Below, in pieces: positions 48,361 through 57,876 of a stretch of 64,000 nucleotides of DNA. Each line of letters begins with the position of its first letter. Positions within the stretch are counted from its first letter, which is position 1. Below the pieces are notes generated by a model, which had not been told where the DNA came from, did not search any database, and worked only from the letters and a program-made list of their open reading frames with translations. Origin of the DNA: a bacterium (lineage in GTDB: Bacteria > Electryoneota > B3-LCP); assembly GCA_026394195.1 (NCBI GenBank), contig JAPKYS010000043.1, positions 83,131 through 147,130 of the forward strand, in the 5' to 3' direction. Made by a program: the position numbers and the translations under genes.

Positions 48361-48858
48361 TCAGATGACATTTCTGGAATGATCCCTTTCGCCGACCAAC
48401 GTTTTCATCACTGGGTGGACGGTATTTAGAATCAAGGGCATGAAGCGGGTTTTAGGCGCTTCCAGATTGATCACTCGGCCCAGCGGAGTCAGTTGCAGCG
48501 CCATAACGATCAGCAGAACCGTAATGACGCCTCGAAGCACTCCGAAGACAACTCCGGCGACATGATCCAGCCAGCCGAGGAAGATTTTGCTGAAGGTCGT
48601 GCGCAGAGCCTTGCCCAGAAGTGTAAACAGGATGCTGACGATCGAGAGAATCAGTATGAAAGAGATCAGGTTCAAGATCCAGCCGGCGACGGGGATAAAA
48701 TCGAGGTAGACCGCGACGTCGGCGAAGAATTTGATCGCCAGGAAGATCCCCAGGATCAGACCTGCCAGCGAACAGATTTCGAAGACGAATCCCCGAACGC
48801 CTCCTTCAATGGCAGAACCAACGATAATCAGCAATACGACGATATCCAGCCAGTGCAT
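48361..48858 (-). CDS. cvpA: CvpA-family membrane protein
   Basis: N-terminus MHWLDIVVLLIIV with four TM segments. Start taken at the Met preceded by AGAGGA. Confidence 0.7.
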   Translation of the reverse strand: MHWLDIVVLLIIVGSAIEGGVRGFVFEICSLAGLILGIFLAIKFFADVAVYLDFIPVAGWILNLISFILILSIVSILFTLLGKALRTTFSKIFLGWLDHVAGVVFGVLRGVITVLLIVMALQLTPLGRVINLEAPKTRFMPLILNTVHPVMKTLVGERDHSRNVI

Positions 48859-48865
48859 ATATCCT

Positions 48866-49714
48866 CTAGCGAATGATAGCCAACAGCAGTTCCCGCACGA
48901 CTTCTGCGGCAAAGATCGACGACCTGCCCGTGGTGTCCCAAATCGGAGACAGCTCGACTACGTCGGCGCCAACCACGTCTAACCGAGTTAACTGGGCGGC
49001 AATTTTCAGGAAATCAAAGAACTTGAGTCCTCCGGGTTCGGGATTGCCGACGCCCGGCAGCTCAGCCGGATCGAAGACGTCGAGATCCAACGTGAAATAG
49101 ATCGGTTTGCCGCGCAGCCGGTCGATGGCACTCAACAGACTATCCAGATCGCAACCGATGTAGCTGCCCTGTGTTTCCGCCAACTCGAATTCCGACCGTT
49201 CGCCCGAGCGGATACCCCATTGGATGACATTCTCAGCTCCAACCAGCTCAGCCAACCTGCGAATCACGCTGGCGTGGGAGTAGATGCCGCCGGTGTATTC
49301 CTGCCGCAAGTCGAAGTGAGCATCCAGATGCAGGACGCTGGGCTTGACGCCCGCCTGCACCAGTCCCTGCACCGCTCCGATGGTCACGGTATGTTCACCA
49401 CCGATGCCCAGAATTCGCTTCCCTGCTTTGGTCTGTTCGAGGTAATAATCGGATATTTCCTGTACGGCTTGTTGCGGAGGATGCTGAGCGATGGGGAGAT
49501 CCCCGGCGTCGAAAAAGCGCAGATCCTCCAGATCCTTGCGGCAGTAGGGGCTAAAGGATTCGATGGAATCGGACGCCAGTCGCAGTTGTTCCGGACCAAA
49601 TTGCGCACCGCGCCGGTAGGAGCTGGTCTGGTCGTAAGGGAGACCGACCAGCTGCCAGATGCAAGCAGCGGAATCAGCTTTGGAGGCGAGGAATGGGAAA
49701 GTCGGTTTTAACAT
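48866..49714 (-). CDS. speB: Agmatinase (arginase-family ureohydrolase)
   Basis: Mn-binding motifs GGEHTVT, LHLDAHFDLR and LDLDVFDP. Confidence 0.85.
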   Translation of the reverse strand: MLKPTFPFLASKADSAACIWQLVGLPYDQTSSYRRGAQFGPEQLRLASDSIESFSPYCRKDLEDLRFFDAGDLPIAQHPPQQAVQEISDYYLEQTKAGKRILGIGGEHTVTIGAVQGLVQAGVKPSVLHLDAHFDLRQEYTGGIYSHASVIRRLAELVGAENVIQWGIRSGERSEFELAETQGSYIGCDLDSLLSAIDRLRGKPIYFTLDLDVFDPAELPGVGNPEPGGLKFFDFLKIAAQLTRLDVVGADVVELSPIWDTTGRSSIFAAEVVRELLLAIIR

Positions 49715-49728
49715 CTGCTGGGTGTTCC

Positions 49729-50583
49729 CTAAAACTGTTTCATGAAATTCGGCAGTACGAAAGCTGCCTGATGCATCTGCCGGTTGTAGTATTTGGCTGT
49801 GAGTTCGATGGTGGCTGCCGCTTGCGGACGCCGGATGATGGGCTCTTCACCACTTTTTGAACAATAGGTAAAGCTCCAGGTTCCATGCGGGTAGCAGGGG
49901 ATGGGACCCCAGTACAATTTTACCAAGGGAAAGATGGCGCGCATTTTCTTCTGGATGGCTGCTACTTCTCCCTTAATGCCGAAGGGTGATTCGCTCTGCA
50001 CCACCACGATACCGCCCGGGTTTAAAGAGCGCAGTACGTCCTGGTAGAAGGCGCTGCTGAAAAGTCCTTCACCGGGGCCGATAGGATCGGTGGAATCGAC
50101 CAGGACAACGTCGTACACCTCTCTCAAACCCTTAACGAATTCCACGGCATCCTGGATGATCAGCTTCACCTTGGGATTGTCTAACTTGCAGCTCAACCCC
50201 GGCAGGAATTGGCGCGAAACCTTGACCACTTCCTCGTCGATTTCGACCATGTCCACCTGTTGGACGGTGTTGTGCAGCAGGACCTCTCGGGCAGTTCCTC
50301 CATCGCCGCCGCCGATAATCAGAATCCGCTGCGGATTCGGATGCGAGAGCATGGGAATGTGCACCAGCATTTCGTGGTAGAGGAATTCGTGAGCTTCGGT
50401 CAGCATGATGCAGCCGTCCAGCGCCAGCATGTTGCCGAAATCCGAGGTGCCGTAGACGTCGACGGTCTGAAAGGGGCTGACCGAATGGTGCAGATGTTCG
50501 ATGATTCTATAGCCAATACTCGAAGCATCCTGAAAACGCTCGTCGTACCAGTGGTTTATAATTTTATTCATGTGGAATCTCAA
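49729..50583 (-). CDS. speE: Spermidine synthase (polyamine aminopropyltransferase)
   Basis: IIGGGDGGTAREV and VDSTDP motifs. Confidence 0.88.
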   Translation of the reverse strand: MRFHMNKIINHWYDERFQDASSIGYRIIEHLHHSVSPFQTVDVYGTSDFGNMLALDGCIMLTEAHEFLYHEMLVHIPMLSHPNPQRILIIGGGDGGTAREVLLHNTVQQVDMVEIDEEVVKVSRQFLPGLSCKLDNPKVKLIIQDAVEFVKGLREVYDVVLVDSTDPIGPGEGLFSSAFYQDVLRSLNPGGIVVVQSESPFGIKGEVAAIQKKMRAIFPLVKLYWGPIPCYPHGTWSFTYCSKSGEEPIIRRPQAAATIELTAKYYNRQMHQAAFVLPNFMKQF

Positions 50584-50668
50584 TTTTGTTGATGGCGGGG
50601 AGGAGGTTCTTTTCAGGGGGTAACGAGGGAACGACCGGAACCGTTGGCAAACGGATGCTGACTTAAAA

Positions 50669-51136
50669 TCAAGGAATCAGCGCCACGCCGGCGAATGCCG
50701 CCGCGACGTCCTTCACTTTGATCTCGACCGCCCGGCTTTCGATGCTTTTAATTGAAAGCCCCCGCATTTCAAGCGCTGTTCGAGCCATGTCGGTTGCTAT
50801 TTTTTCGACTTCGGCCTGATGCCCTACGGCGGAATGTTCCATGATGACGCCGACCTGATCGATTTCTTCCGGAATGCCGACAGCGATGGCGGCGGCGATC
50901 ACCTCGCCGGGTTTATCGCTGCTGATAGAGGCATAGGCGATAGGGATCAGGGCGCCTTTGGGCAGAGCGATCGGGTCTATCCTGCGGCAGGCGGGCGGCA
51001 CGATGCTGGAGACTTTCAGCAGATTTACGTCCCCGACGCCGGCCTGACGAAGAGCACCATCGAACGCGTTGAGTTCCGTTGGAGCTTCGCTGCAACCCGA
51101 TACCAGAAAATATCTGCGCGGAACGCTGAAACTCAT
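50669..51136 (-). CDS. pdaD: Pyruvoyl-dependent arginine decarboxylase
   Basis: About 155 aa PdaD pattern with the LKVSS self-cleavage region. Confidence 0.75.
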   Translation of the reverse strand: MSFSVPRRYFLVSGCSEAPTELNAFDGALRQAGVGDVNLLKVSSIVPPACRRIDPIALPKGALIPIAYASISSDKPGEVIAAAIAVGIPEEIDQVGVIMEHSAVGHQAEVEKIATDMARTALEMRGLSIKSIESRAVEIKVKDVAAAFAGVALIP

Positions 51137-51546
51137 GCCGAAATCCCCAGTGTAGCTTTCATCATGGGCGGTTTATGCGTGAGGGGCCGGCCATGTACTT
51201 CCAGGACGCCGCGCTTTAGTTCCATCACGGAAACTGACCTGGCGTGGAGCAATTTCTTCAGGTGTTCAAAGGCCTTCTCCGGCTGGATTTCGTCCCCGCA
51301 GGTGAAGAGGTCGACTGCGGCGTAGCCGTATTCCGGCCAGGTGTGGATAGACAGGTGCGACTCGGCGATCACTACGACGCCGCTAATGCCGTGAGGGTTG
51401 AAGAGATGAAAGACCTCTTCCACGACCGTCGCCCCCGAGAGGCGAGCAGCTTCCAACATGGCAGAAGCAACCAGATTGCAATCATTCAGAGCCTTGGCAT
51501 CGCAATCGTAGTATTCCACCAGTATCTGTCGTCCCAATGCGTTCAA
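51133..51546 (-). CDS. speH: S-adenosylmethionine decarboxylase proenzyme (small bacterial/archaeal form)
   Basis: [14 protein letters not shown] and [11 protein letters not shown] motifs. TTG start chosen 9 nt after AGGAGG, and the longer upstream extension is rejected. Confidence 0.78.
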   Translation of the reverse strand: MNALGRQILVEYYDCDAKALNDCNLVASAMLEAARLSGATVVEEVFHLFNPHGISGVVVIAESHLSIHTWPEYGYAAVDLFTCGDEIQPEKAFEHLKKLLHARSVSVMELKRGVLEVHGRPLTHKPPMMKATLGISA

Positions 51547-51601
51547 TTTATGGTACCTCCTCGTTCCGGGCTGCACCCCTGCAGCCACCCGGTTTGTTGG
51601 T

Positions 51602-52138
51602 TTAGAAGTAAGGTGGACAGGTCACCCAGAGCACCACGGCATCGCTGCTGCCGACGTTCTGCAGCCAATGTTGCCGGTCGGCCGTGAAATAGAAACTGTC
51701 ACCTTTTTTAGCTTTGAAGGTCTGTTTGCCTAATTTCAGGGCGACTCGCCCCTGCAGGATGTATCCGAATTCTTCTCCGGTGAAGGGTTCACTTTCCTCG
51801 GTCGATTCACCCGGAGCCAGGATCAGCAGAGCCGGTTCCATCTGACGGTTTGTGGCTCCCGGCACCAGAAGCTCAAAGCCCTGGACGCCCTCTTTTTCGA
51901 TGGTCCGCCGGGATTCCTGAGGATAGATGACCTTTTCGCCCGAAGGTTCGCTGAAGAAGGACGAAAGCGAGATGTTCATCGCCGTCAGGATCTGTTCCAG
52001 GCTGTCCAGCGAGATCGACGTCAGATCCCGTTCGATCTGAGAGATAAATCCCTTGGTCAGTCCGGCGCGATCCGCCAGCTCTTCCTGGGTCAGTTCCGAA
52101 GCCGATCGCAAATTGTGGATTTTTTCGCCGATGTTCAT
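51602..52138 (-). CDS. XRE-family HTH transcriptional regulator with a C-terminal cupin domain
   Basis: HTH_3 motif ([28 protein letters not shown]) plus a cupin fold. Confidence 0.75.
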   Translation of the reverse strand: MNIGEKIHNLRSASELTQEELADRAGLTKGFISQIERDLTSISLDSLEQILTAMNISLSSFFSEPSGEKVIYPQESRRTIEKEGVQGFELLVPGATNRQMEPALLILAPGESTEESEPFTGEEFGYILQGRVALKLGKQTFKAKKGDSFYFTADRQHWLQNVGSSDAVVLWVTCPPYF

Positions 52139-52145
52139 TTTATTT

Positions 52146-52180
52146 CAAGCGTAGTTTACTAAATCCGATGTTTAGTAAAG
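52146..52180. promoter_or_regulatory. Perfect inverted repeat GTTTACTAAA-N7-TTTAGTAAA, 10-40 nt upstream of the XRE-cupin regulator gene. Candidate operator.
   Basis: Read directly. A related TTTAGTA/TACTAA pair lies at 52425-52445. Confidence 0.45.
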
Positions 52181-53129
52181 TAGACCAAGAAATATAGTAA
52201 AAATAAATGCCTGAGTCAAGAAAAATTCTCTAATTATTTTCACGATTTTTTACACCCTTTTTGCTGCGGGCAGAAGGTAGGAAATACGCAGTTGCACTAT
52301 CGCCGGATTTGTGAGGTTTATCGCGGGGCTTTTCACGCGATTGCCGGAGGAGAGATCGGCGGATGAAGTTTAGTTTTCTCTGAATATTCTGTAAAATATT
52401 TGGATCAACAAGCGAAGTATACTAAGCCGGTTGTTTAGTATAATGGGTCGGGAATTGGGTAGAAATGTGAGCGACAGACAGGATTATTCTCGGTTCCCGC
52501 ACCAATTCACGAATGGATATCACGACGGAGAATAGGAACACCCATCAGCAGAAGACCCAAACAGAGAAAACGCCGAATATTTCGGCGTTTTCTCAAAGCA
52601 ATAGCATAAAAGCTGTTTGGCACCAACGATTGTGAGAACTGAATACATGTCTGAATACGCATTACACATGGAATGTGTTGGTCAGCAATTCATGCTGACT
52701 AACGTACTCATCCTACTTGCAGCCCGATTGACTGCCCGTTCAGGAGGCATGAACTCCACCACCAACCTGACAGATGAAAAATGCTGCGGCTCCCCTGTCC
52801 CCAGGCGTGCGCTGATACTCCTGGGCTATTTCGGCAGTATCCACGAAAAAGCAATAGTGTGAACAATGGCATTGGATACCGGTGTTTCTCCCACCGTCCG
52901 CAAGGCTGATCCATAGAATCAGAATTTGTCTGCGGAGGGTCACGCATGAGCCGCAGCGTTTAATTCCATAAAAAAAGGCCTAATCCACAAGCGCGTCAAA
53001 CGCGCCGCTGATTATGCCTTCATCTTGTGGCTCTAAAAAGCCACCCGATAAGACGGCTTGCATCCGAAATGCAAGTCGATTTGATTGTCGTTATCTATCT
53101 ATCGGCAGAACAACGCCGATACTTTAGTG

Positions 53130-53204
53130 TGGGCGATATTGGATTCGAACCAACGACTTCCTGCTTGTAAGGCAGGCGCTCTGAACCAGCTGAGCTAATC
53201 GCCC
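53130..53204 (-). tRNA. tRNA-Val (anticodon TAC)
   Basis: Minus-strand read GGGCGATTAGCTCAGCTGGTTCAGAGCGCCTGCCTTACAAGCAGGAAGTCGTTGGTTCGAATCCAATATCGCCCA. Confidence 0.8.
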
Positions 53205-53440
53205 TTTTGGTTACGGGAACGCCGGATGATGGCCCAGGGTACCAGAACACAATAACCTAACACCAGGAGCATGGGCGCCAGGCGCAGAGACCAGAATGAA
53301 TTCCAGGGGCCCTGCATCATGGCGATATAGCCGAGGAAGATAACGCCAATTGCTCCGAGAAAGAAAATGTAATTCTCTTTTCCGAAGATATTGACGGCCG
53401 CTTCCTTATGGGTGCGTTTTTTAACGGTTTTTTCTTTCAT
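53195..53440 (-). CDS. Small two-TM membrane protein (start at MKEKTVKKR). The stop codon overlaps the predicted tRNA-Val 5' end by a few nt.
   Basis: ORF with hydrophobic segments and low GC. The call is weak. Confidence 0.3.
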   Translation of the reverse strand: MKEKTVKKRTHKEAAVNIFGKENYIFFLGAIGVIFLGYIAMMQGPWNSFWSLRLAPMLLVLGYCVLVPWAIIRRSRNQKGD

Positions 53441-53540
53441 GCCAGGGTTTCGCTGAAATGTCGGTGGTTTCTGTACAAGTATCGAGCAATATACGAAACA
53501 ATTCTGTGTTTTGCAAGAAAAATTATGGTTGAATTTATTT

Positions 53541-54488
53541 TTAGGAAAACAGCTCAATTTTTCTCATCAGGAAGGTCCATTCCCGGTCGACACGCTGCTG
53601 CATGAGCTGCAAGTCCTGTTCTTTCAAGTGCTTAAAGCGTCCCTGCAGGCGGACGTATTCCTGCACCGGCACCCCTTTGGACGCGTGGTTGATGGTGTAT
53701 CTGGTTCCGTTTTCGACCTCGTAGAGCGGAAATACCTTGGTTTCAACCGCCAGTCGGCTGATTTTAATGGAGTCGCTTTCCAGCGACTTGTGCCCGGGCG
53801 GGCAGGGGCTGAAGATGTGGATCAGCCTCATCCCCTTGGTGGCTTTGGCTTTTTCCAGCTTTCTCCTGAGATCATCCGGAAACGCGACCGTCGCCGTGGC
53901 AGCATAGGGAATACGGTGCGCTGCCAGAATTTCGACCAGGTTCTTTTTGGGTTCTTCCTTGGGATGTTCGCGTGGTGTGGTGGTCGTCCAGGCGCCAATG
54001 GGAGTCGATGAAGAGCGCTGAACGCCGGTGTTCATGTAGGCTTCGTTGTCGTAGCAGACGTACAGGATATTTTCGTTCCTTTCTGCAGCTGCCGATAGAG
54101 CGCCAAAGCCAATATCCATGGTGCCGCCGTCACCTGCCCAGGCGACGACGTTCACGTCTTGAACGCCTTGAACGTCGAGACCATGGCGCACCCCGGTTGC
54201 AGTGATGGCGGCGGTCTCGAAGGCGCAGTGCACCACGGGCACTCCTGCCGCTGAATAGGGGAAGGGTCCGTCAATCACCGCCCAGCAGCAGGCGGGGATG
54301 CAGAGGACGGTGCGGGGTCCGAACACCTTCAGCGCGATGCGCATCGCCAGGGAAGCTCCGCACCCCGGACAAGCCAGGTGACCGGACGACATCAGTTCGC
54401 ATTCCGGTAGATCGTAAGTGATTTGACCAGGTACATGAGGGGACATCTTTATCTCCGTAGAGTCATTGATTCCTGTAGTAAGCTGCAC
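53541..54488 (-). CDS. porB: Pyruvate/2-oxoacid:ferredoxin oxidoreductase beta subunit (TPP-binding)
   Basis: TPP motif GDGG...N near CPGC and the typical PorB length. Confidence 0.85.
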   Translation of the reverse strand: MQLTTGINDSTEIKMSPHVPGQITYDLPECELMSSGHLACPGCGASLAMRIALKVFGPRTVLCIPACCWAVIDGPFPYSAAGVPVVHCAFETAAITATGVRHGLDVQGVQDVNVVAWAGDGGTMDIGFGALSAAAERNENILYVCYDNEAYMNTGVQRSSSTPIGAWTTTTPREHPKEEPKKNLVEILAAHRIPYAATATVAFPDDLRRKLEKAKATKGMRLIHIFSPCPPGHKSLESDSIKISRLAVETKVFPLYEVENGTRYTINHASKGVPVQEYVRLQGRFKHLKEQDLQLMQQRVDREWTFLMRKIELFS

Positions 54489-54528
54489 AAACTGCGCACC
54501 GATAATGCCATCGGTGCTGACGATGCAG

Positions 54529-56016
54529 CTATTTCGTGGTATCTATTAGAGTGAACCTGCCTTCGGGCAATAGTTCACTGAAAAACAGCAGTTTATCACA
54601 TTGCATAGACAGATGCCGTCCTGCCAATTTATCGCTGATATCGCCTTCTTGCTGGGCGTCCAGCAGTAGGATCGGCCGGTCGGTGCGTACCTGCATCTTC
54701 CTAAAATCGCTGAGGCTTACCCAGGTTGCTTCCCTTTCAGAATAGGCGATGATCTGAAAAATGGGTTCCCAGGGCCATTTGCCTCCCCCTACCAGCAGCA
54801 ACGTATCTGTCGGCGCGACGTATTTCTCGATATATGGGAACAGCTCCTGAAACGGCTGCTTCGGCGAGGATTGCAGCTTCAGCGGAAATATGATTAAAAC
54901 GGCGACGTAAATAACCAGAAAAACAGCCACGACATTGCCGATGTATCGCCGAACTCGCTCGGAGGTGACGTAGTTAATACCGATCCCCGTCAAGAACGCC
55001 AGTGAAGGATAGATCGGAAAAAGGTAATGATGCGATTTTCCCTTGGATATACTCACTCCCAAGATGATAACGACCGCGCTGATTAAAAAAATACTGACTT
55101 GCGGCAACTCCAATTTCTTTCTAAACGAGACCCAGATCCCAATGGCGCAGAAAAGCAGCCAGTGCCAGTACTGCGCGAGTAAAATATTGGGGTAAAAGAA
55201 CGGGCCCGGTTTGATTTTGGTGCTGCCGGTCGTCATGGTTTTATAGACCTGGTCATGCACGTACCCGCTGACCGCGGAAGCGCCTTCTCCGTACAACCAG
55301 ACGGCAAACGGCAGAAAGCTTATCATCAACGCCAGATAGAAGCGCCAGTCTGCCAGAATTTCCCACTTGCGAAATATCAGAATCCAGATGAATAGTACAG
55401 CGATCGGTGCAGCTCCGACTGGACCCTTGGTCATGATGGCGGCTGACGTGGAGAACCCGACCACCAGCCAGGGCCAGAGTTTGCGATTTTGTAGGTTCAG
55501 CAAACCCCAGAGCGCCAGGGTAATAAAGAACACCAAAGGCATATCGAGGCGCGGCTTGGAGGCCATCGCCGTAAAGCGCGGAGACGCCAATAGACAGACC
55601 CCCGCAAAGAAACCGACCCACGCACCTCCGAACCGCCTGCCGATGCGATAGATCAATAACACCAATCCCAATCCCAACAATCCGGGTAATACTTTACTCT
55701 GTGCTAACCCGGATCCGGCGACTTTAAACCAGAGCGCCTGTACCCAGAAGAAAAAGGGTGGATGTTCGTGAAATTCGGGCCACCAGAGCTGTGAATGATG
55801 CAACGGCATCCAGTTCCCGTGTTCTGCCGCGTTTTTCGATACCGTCCAGTAAACCAGAGCGTCGGTGTCGCTGATTGGTTCCCAGATATGCGCAAAAATC
55901 AGTACAGAGGCAACGGCAAAGAGCAAAATAAAGAGCAAGGATTTTCTGATCTGGACGTCCACCCTAAAGGGGATCAGATAATCGCGGAAGAATTCTGAAA
56001 GGGCAGCCAAAGACAA
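54529..56016 (-). CDS. GT-C (family 39/ArnT-like) membrane glycosyltransferase
   Basis: About 12 TM segments with a periplasmic loop and the PMT/ArnT-like N-terminal region. Confidence 0.75.
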   Translation of the reverse strand: MSLAALSEFFRDYLIPFRVDVQIRKSLLFILLFAVASVLIFAHIWEPISDTDALVYWTVSKNAAEHGNWMPLHHSQLWWPEFHEHPPFFFWVQALWFKVAGSGLAQSKVLPGLLGLGLVLLIYRIGRRFGGAWVGFFAGVCLLASPRFTAMASKPRLDMPLVFFITLALWGLLNLQNRKLWPWLVVGFSTSAAIMTKGPVGAAPIAVLFIWILIFRKWEILADWRFYLALMISFLPFAVWLYGEGASAVSGYVHDQVYKTMTTGSTKIKPGPFFYPNILLAQYWHWLLFCAIGIWVSFRKKLELPQVSIFLISAVVIILGVSISKGKSHHYLFPIYPSLAFLTGIGINYVTSERVRRYIGNVVAVFLVIYVAVLIIFPLKLQSSPKQPFQELFPYIEKYVAPTDTLLLVGGGKWPWEPIFQIIAYSEREATWVSLSDFRKMQVRTDRPILLLDAQQEGDISDKLAGRHLSMQCDKLLFFSELLPEGRFTLIDTTK

Positions 56017-56083
56017 TCAATCGCTCCCAGAGGCTGTTGTTGTCAAAGGACGTTGACTTTGTTGGCGAAGGTGCGTGCGTTCA

Positions 56084-57244
56084 TTATGCCTTCAATTCGA
56101 TCCAGTTCAGGTGTCGTTCTGTCTTTTCCGGATGCAGGGTCTTCTCCAGAATTTCGGTGATGGTCTTCGGCGTAATGTCCCGTCCGCCTAAGCCCGCGAT
56201 GAACCCGTAGATCGCGGGGCGAAAGCGCTCTTCCATATCGTACATGGAGGCTTTGATTTCCTGAGCGAAGATGCCGCCGAAACCCGGGCAGATATTGCGG
56301 TCGATGACGCCGACCTTGGGGATGCCGCGCAGCGCATCCCGCACCAGCGCAATGGGGAAGGGGCGGAAAGTGCGAATTTTTAGCAACCCCACCGCTTCGC
56401 CGCGATCGCGCCACTCGTCGATTACGTCTCGGGCGGTGGAAGTCACCGTCCCCGAGGTGACGATGACGGCTTCTGCGTCTTCGCAGCGGTACGGTTCGAT
56501 CAACCCATAAGACCTGCCGAAGTGCTGAGCGAATTCCCGATCCACCTCCGCGGAAACCCTGAGTGCGTCGTTCATGGCTTCCTGCTGCATGTAGCGGAAT
56601 TCCATGTAGACGTCCACTCCGGTCATACCGCCGAAAGCTCTGGGGTTGTCGACGTCAACCTTGATATCCGCCCGGTAGGGAGGCAGGAAGGCGTCGACTT
56701 CCGGAGCTTCGGGGATGTCGATGGCTTCAGCGGTGTGAGAAAGGTAGAAGGCGTCCAACACCAGCATCACCGGCAGCTTGATGGTTTCCGCTATTTTAAA
56801 GGCTTGCAGGGCCGTATCCAGCACTTCCTGGTTGGATTCGCAGTAGAATTGCAGCCAGCCGGTGTCGCGCTGCGACAGGGTATCGTTCTGATCGGTCCAG
56901 ATAGTCCAGCCGGGAGCCATGGCGCGATTGACGTCCGCCAGTACGATGGGCAGGCGCGCTCCCGCCGCCCAGTGGATCAGTTCGTGCATCAACGCCAGAC
57001 CTTGCGCCGACGTGGCGGTAAAGGAGCGAGCTCCGGTGAGGGAAGCTCCGATGCACCCTGCCAGCGCCGAGTGTTCGGATTCCACCTTGATGAAGCTGGC
57101 GTCCAGCTTTCCCTCTGAAACCAGGTCAGCTAACTCTTCGATGATGGAGGTCTGCGGAGTAATGGGGTAGGCGGATACGACCTGCGCGCGGGCTCTCATC
57201 ACGCCCCAGGCCACCGCTTGATTTCCAGTTAAGACTTTTTGCAT
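56084..57244 (-). CDS. porA: Pyruvate:ferredoxin oxidoreductase alpha subunit
   Basis: 386 aa PorA pattern (MQKVLTGNQAVAWGV...). Confidence 0.88.
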   Translation of the reverse strand: MQKVLTGNQAVAWGVMRARAQVVSAYPITPQTSIIEELADLVSEGKLDASFIKVESEHSALAGCIGASLTGARSFTATSAQGLALMHELIHWAAGARLPIVLADVNRAMAPGWTIWTDQNDTLSQRDTGWLQFYCESNQEVLDTALQAFKIAETIKLPVMLVLDAFYLSHTAEAIDIPEAPEVDAFLPPYRADIKVDVDNPRAFGGMTGVDVYMEFRYMQQEAMNDALRVSAEVDREFAQHFGRSYGLIEPYRCEDAEAVIVTSGTVTSTARDVIDEWRDRGEAVGLLKIRTFRPFPIALVRDALRGIPKVGVIDRNICPGFGGIFAQEIKASMYDMEERFRPAIYGFIAGLGGRDITPKTITEILEKTLHPEKTERHLNWIELKA

Positions 57245-57261
57245 GGATGATTCTTTATGGT

Positions 57262-57876
57262 TTATAGGCCAAGTTCGCGGAGGAATTTCGCGAACGAGGG
57301 ACTTCTTTTTTTGATTTGTGGATCCTTCATCTTCAGTGATTTCGCCAAGCTTGGTAAATGTTTTGTTTTGTGATATGAATTATTCTTATAGAAGCCATCG
57401 CGGAGTATTTTTATCGCATCTTGACAATCCGCTCGATTTTTTACCCGATTTGCAACTTCTTTCTTCTCGAACAACTTACAATTGAAAACTTCTTGATCCG
57501 CCAAAACCCAATTTTCCACCATGTGGTCAGCGCAAATGACCGAGAAATTTCTTGCAGTAATTCCGTTCACCTGTTCTTCAATTCTATCCCTAACCATTTC
57601 AGCAAATTCCCCCGGGCATTGGGGATTATCTTCCCGATCAAACACAAGGACTATCTTTTCTGGTTTTCTTTTTAAAGCCGCCTCAACCTGTCGGAAAACT
57701 TTTGGACTTACCCGCAGCTGTTGATTTCTAAAGGTTATTGCTTCAGTTTTTCGTGCCTCGCTGACCAATAAGTTGAATAATCTCAAAATATACGGCAGTA
57801 CTTGATACTCGGATTCACCTGGCACCAATAAGACTATTTTCGGACGATTTAACTTTGGAGGTTTATTCTTCTTCAT
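57262..57876 (-). CDS. Small TOPRIM-like protein (resembles the DUF4276/OLD-family nuclease core), partner of the upstream ABC ATPase
   Basis: Conserved acidic motifs KIVLLVPGESE, KIVLVFDREDN and ICADHMVENW. The start overlaps the ATPase stop by 14 nt (or 47 nt if the GTG at 57909 is used). Low GC. Confidence 0.55.
   Translation of the reverse strand: MKKNKPPKLNRPKIVLLVPGESEYQVLPYILRLFNLLVSEARKTEAITFRNQQLRVSPKVFRQVEAALKRKPEKIVLVFDREDNPQCPGEFAEMVRDRIEEQVNGITARNFSVICADHMVENWVLADQEVFNCKLFEKKEVANRVKNRADCQDAIKILRDGFYKNNSYHKTKHLPSLAKSLKMKDPQIKKRSPSFAKFLRELGL

Noticed and set aside
51547-51588. N-terminal extension of speH ([14 protein letters not shown]) from a GTG
   Set aside because: AGGAGG sits inside this extension, 9 nt before a TTG that gives the canonical ...[15 protein letters not shown]-terminus.
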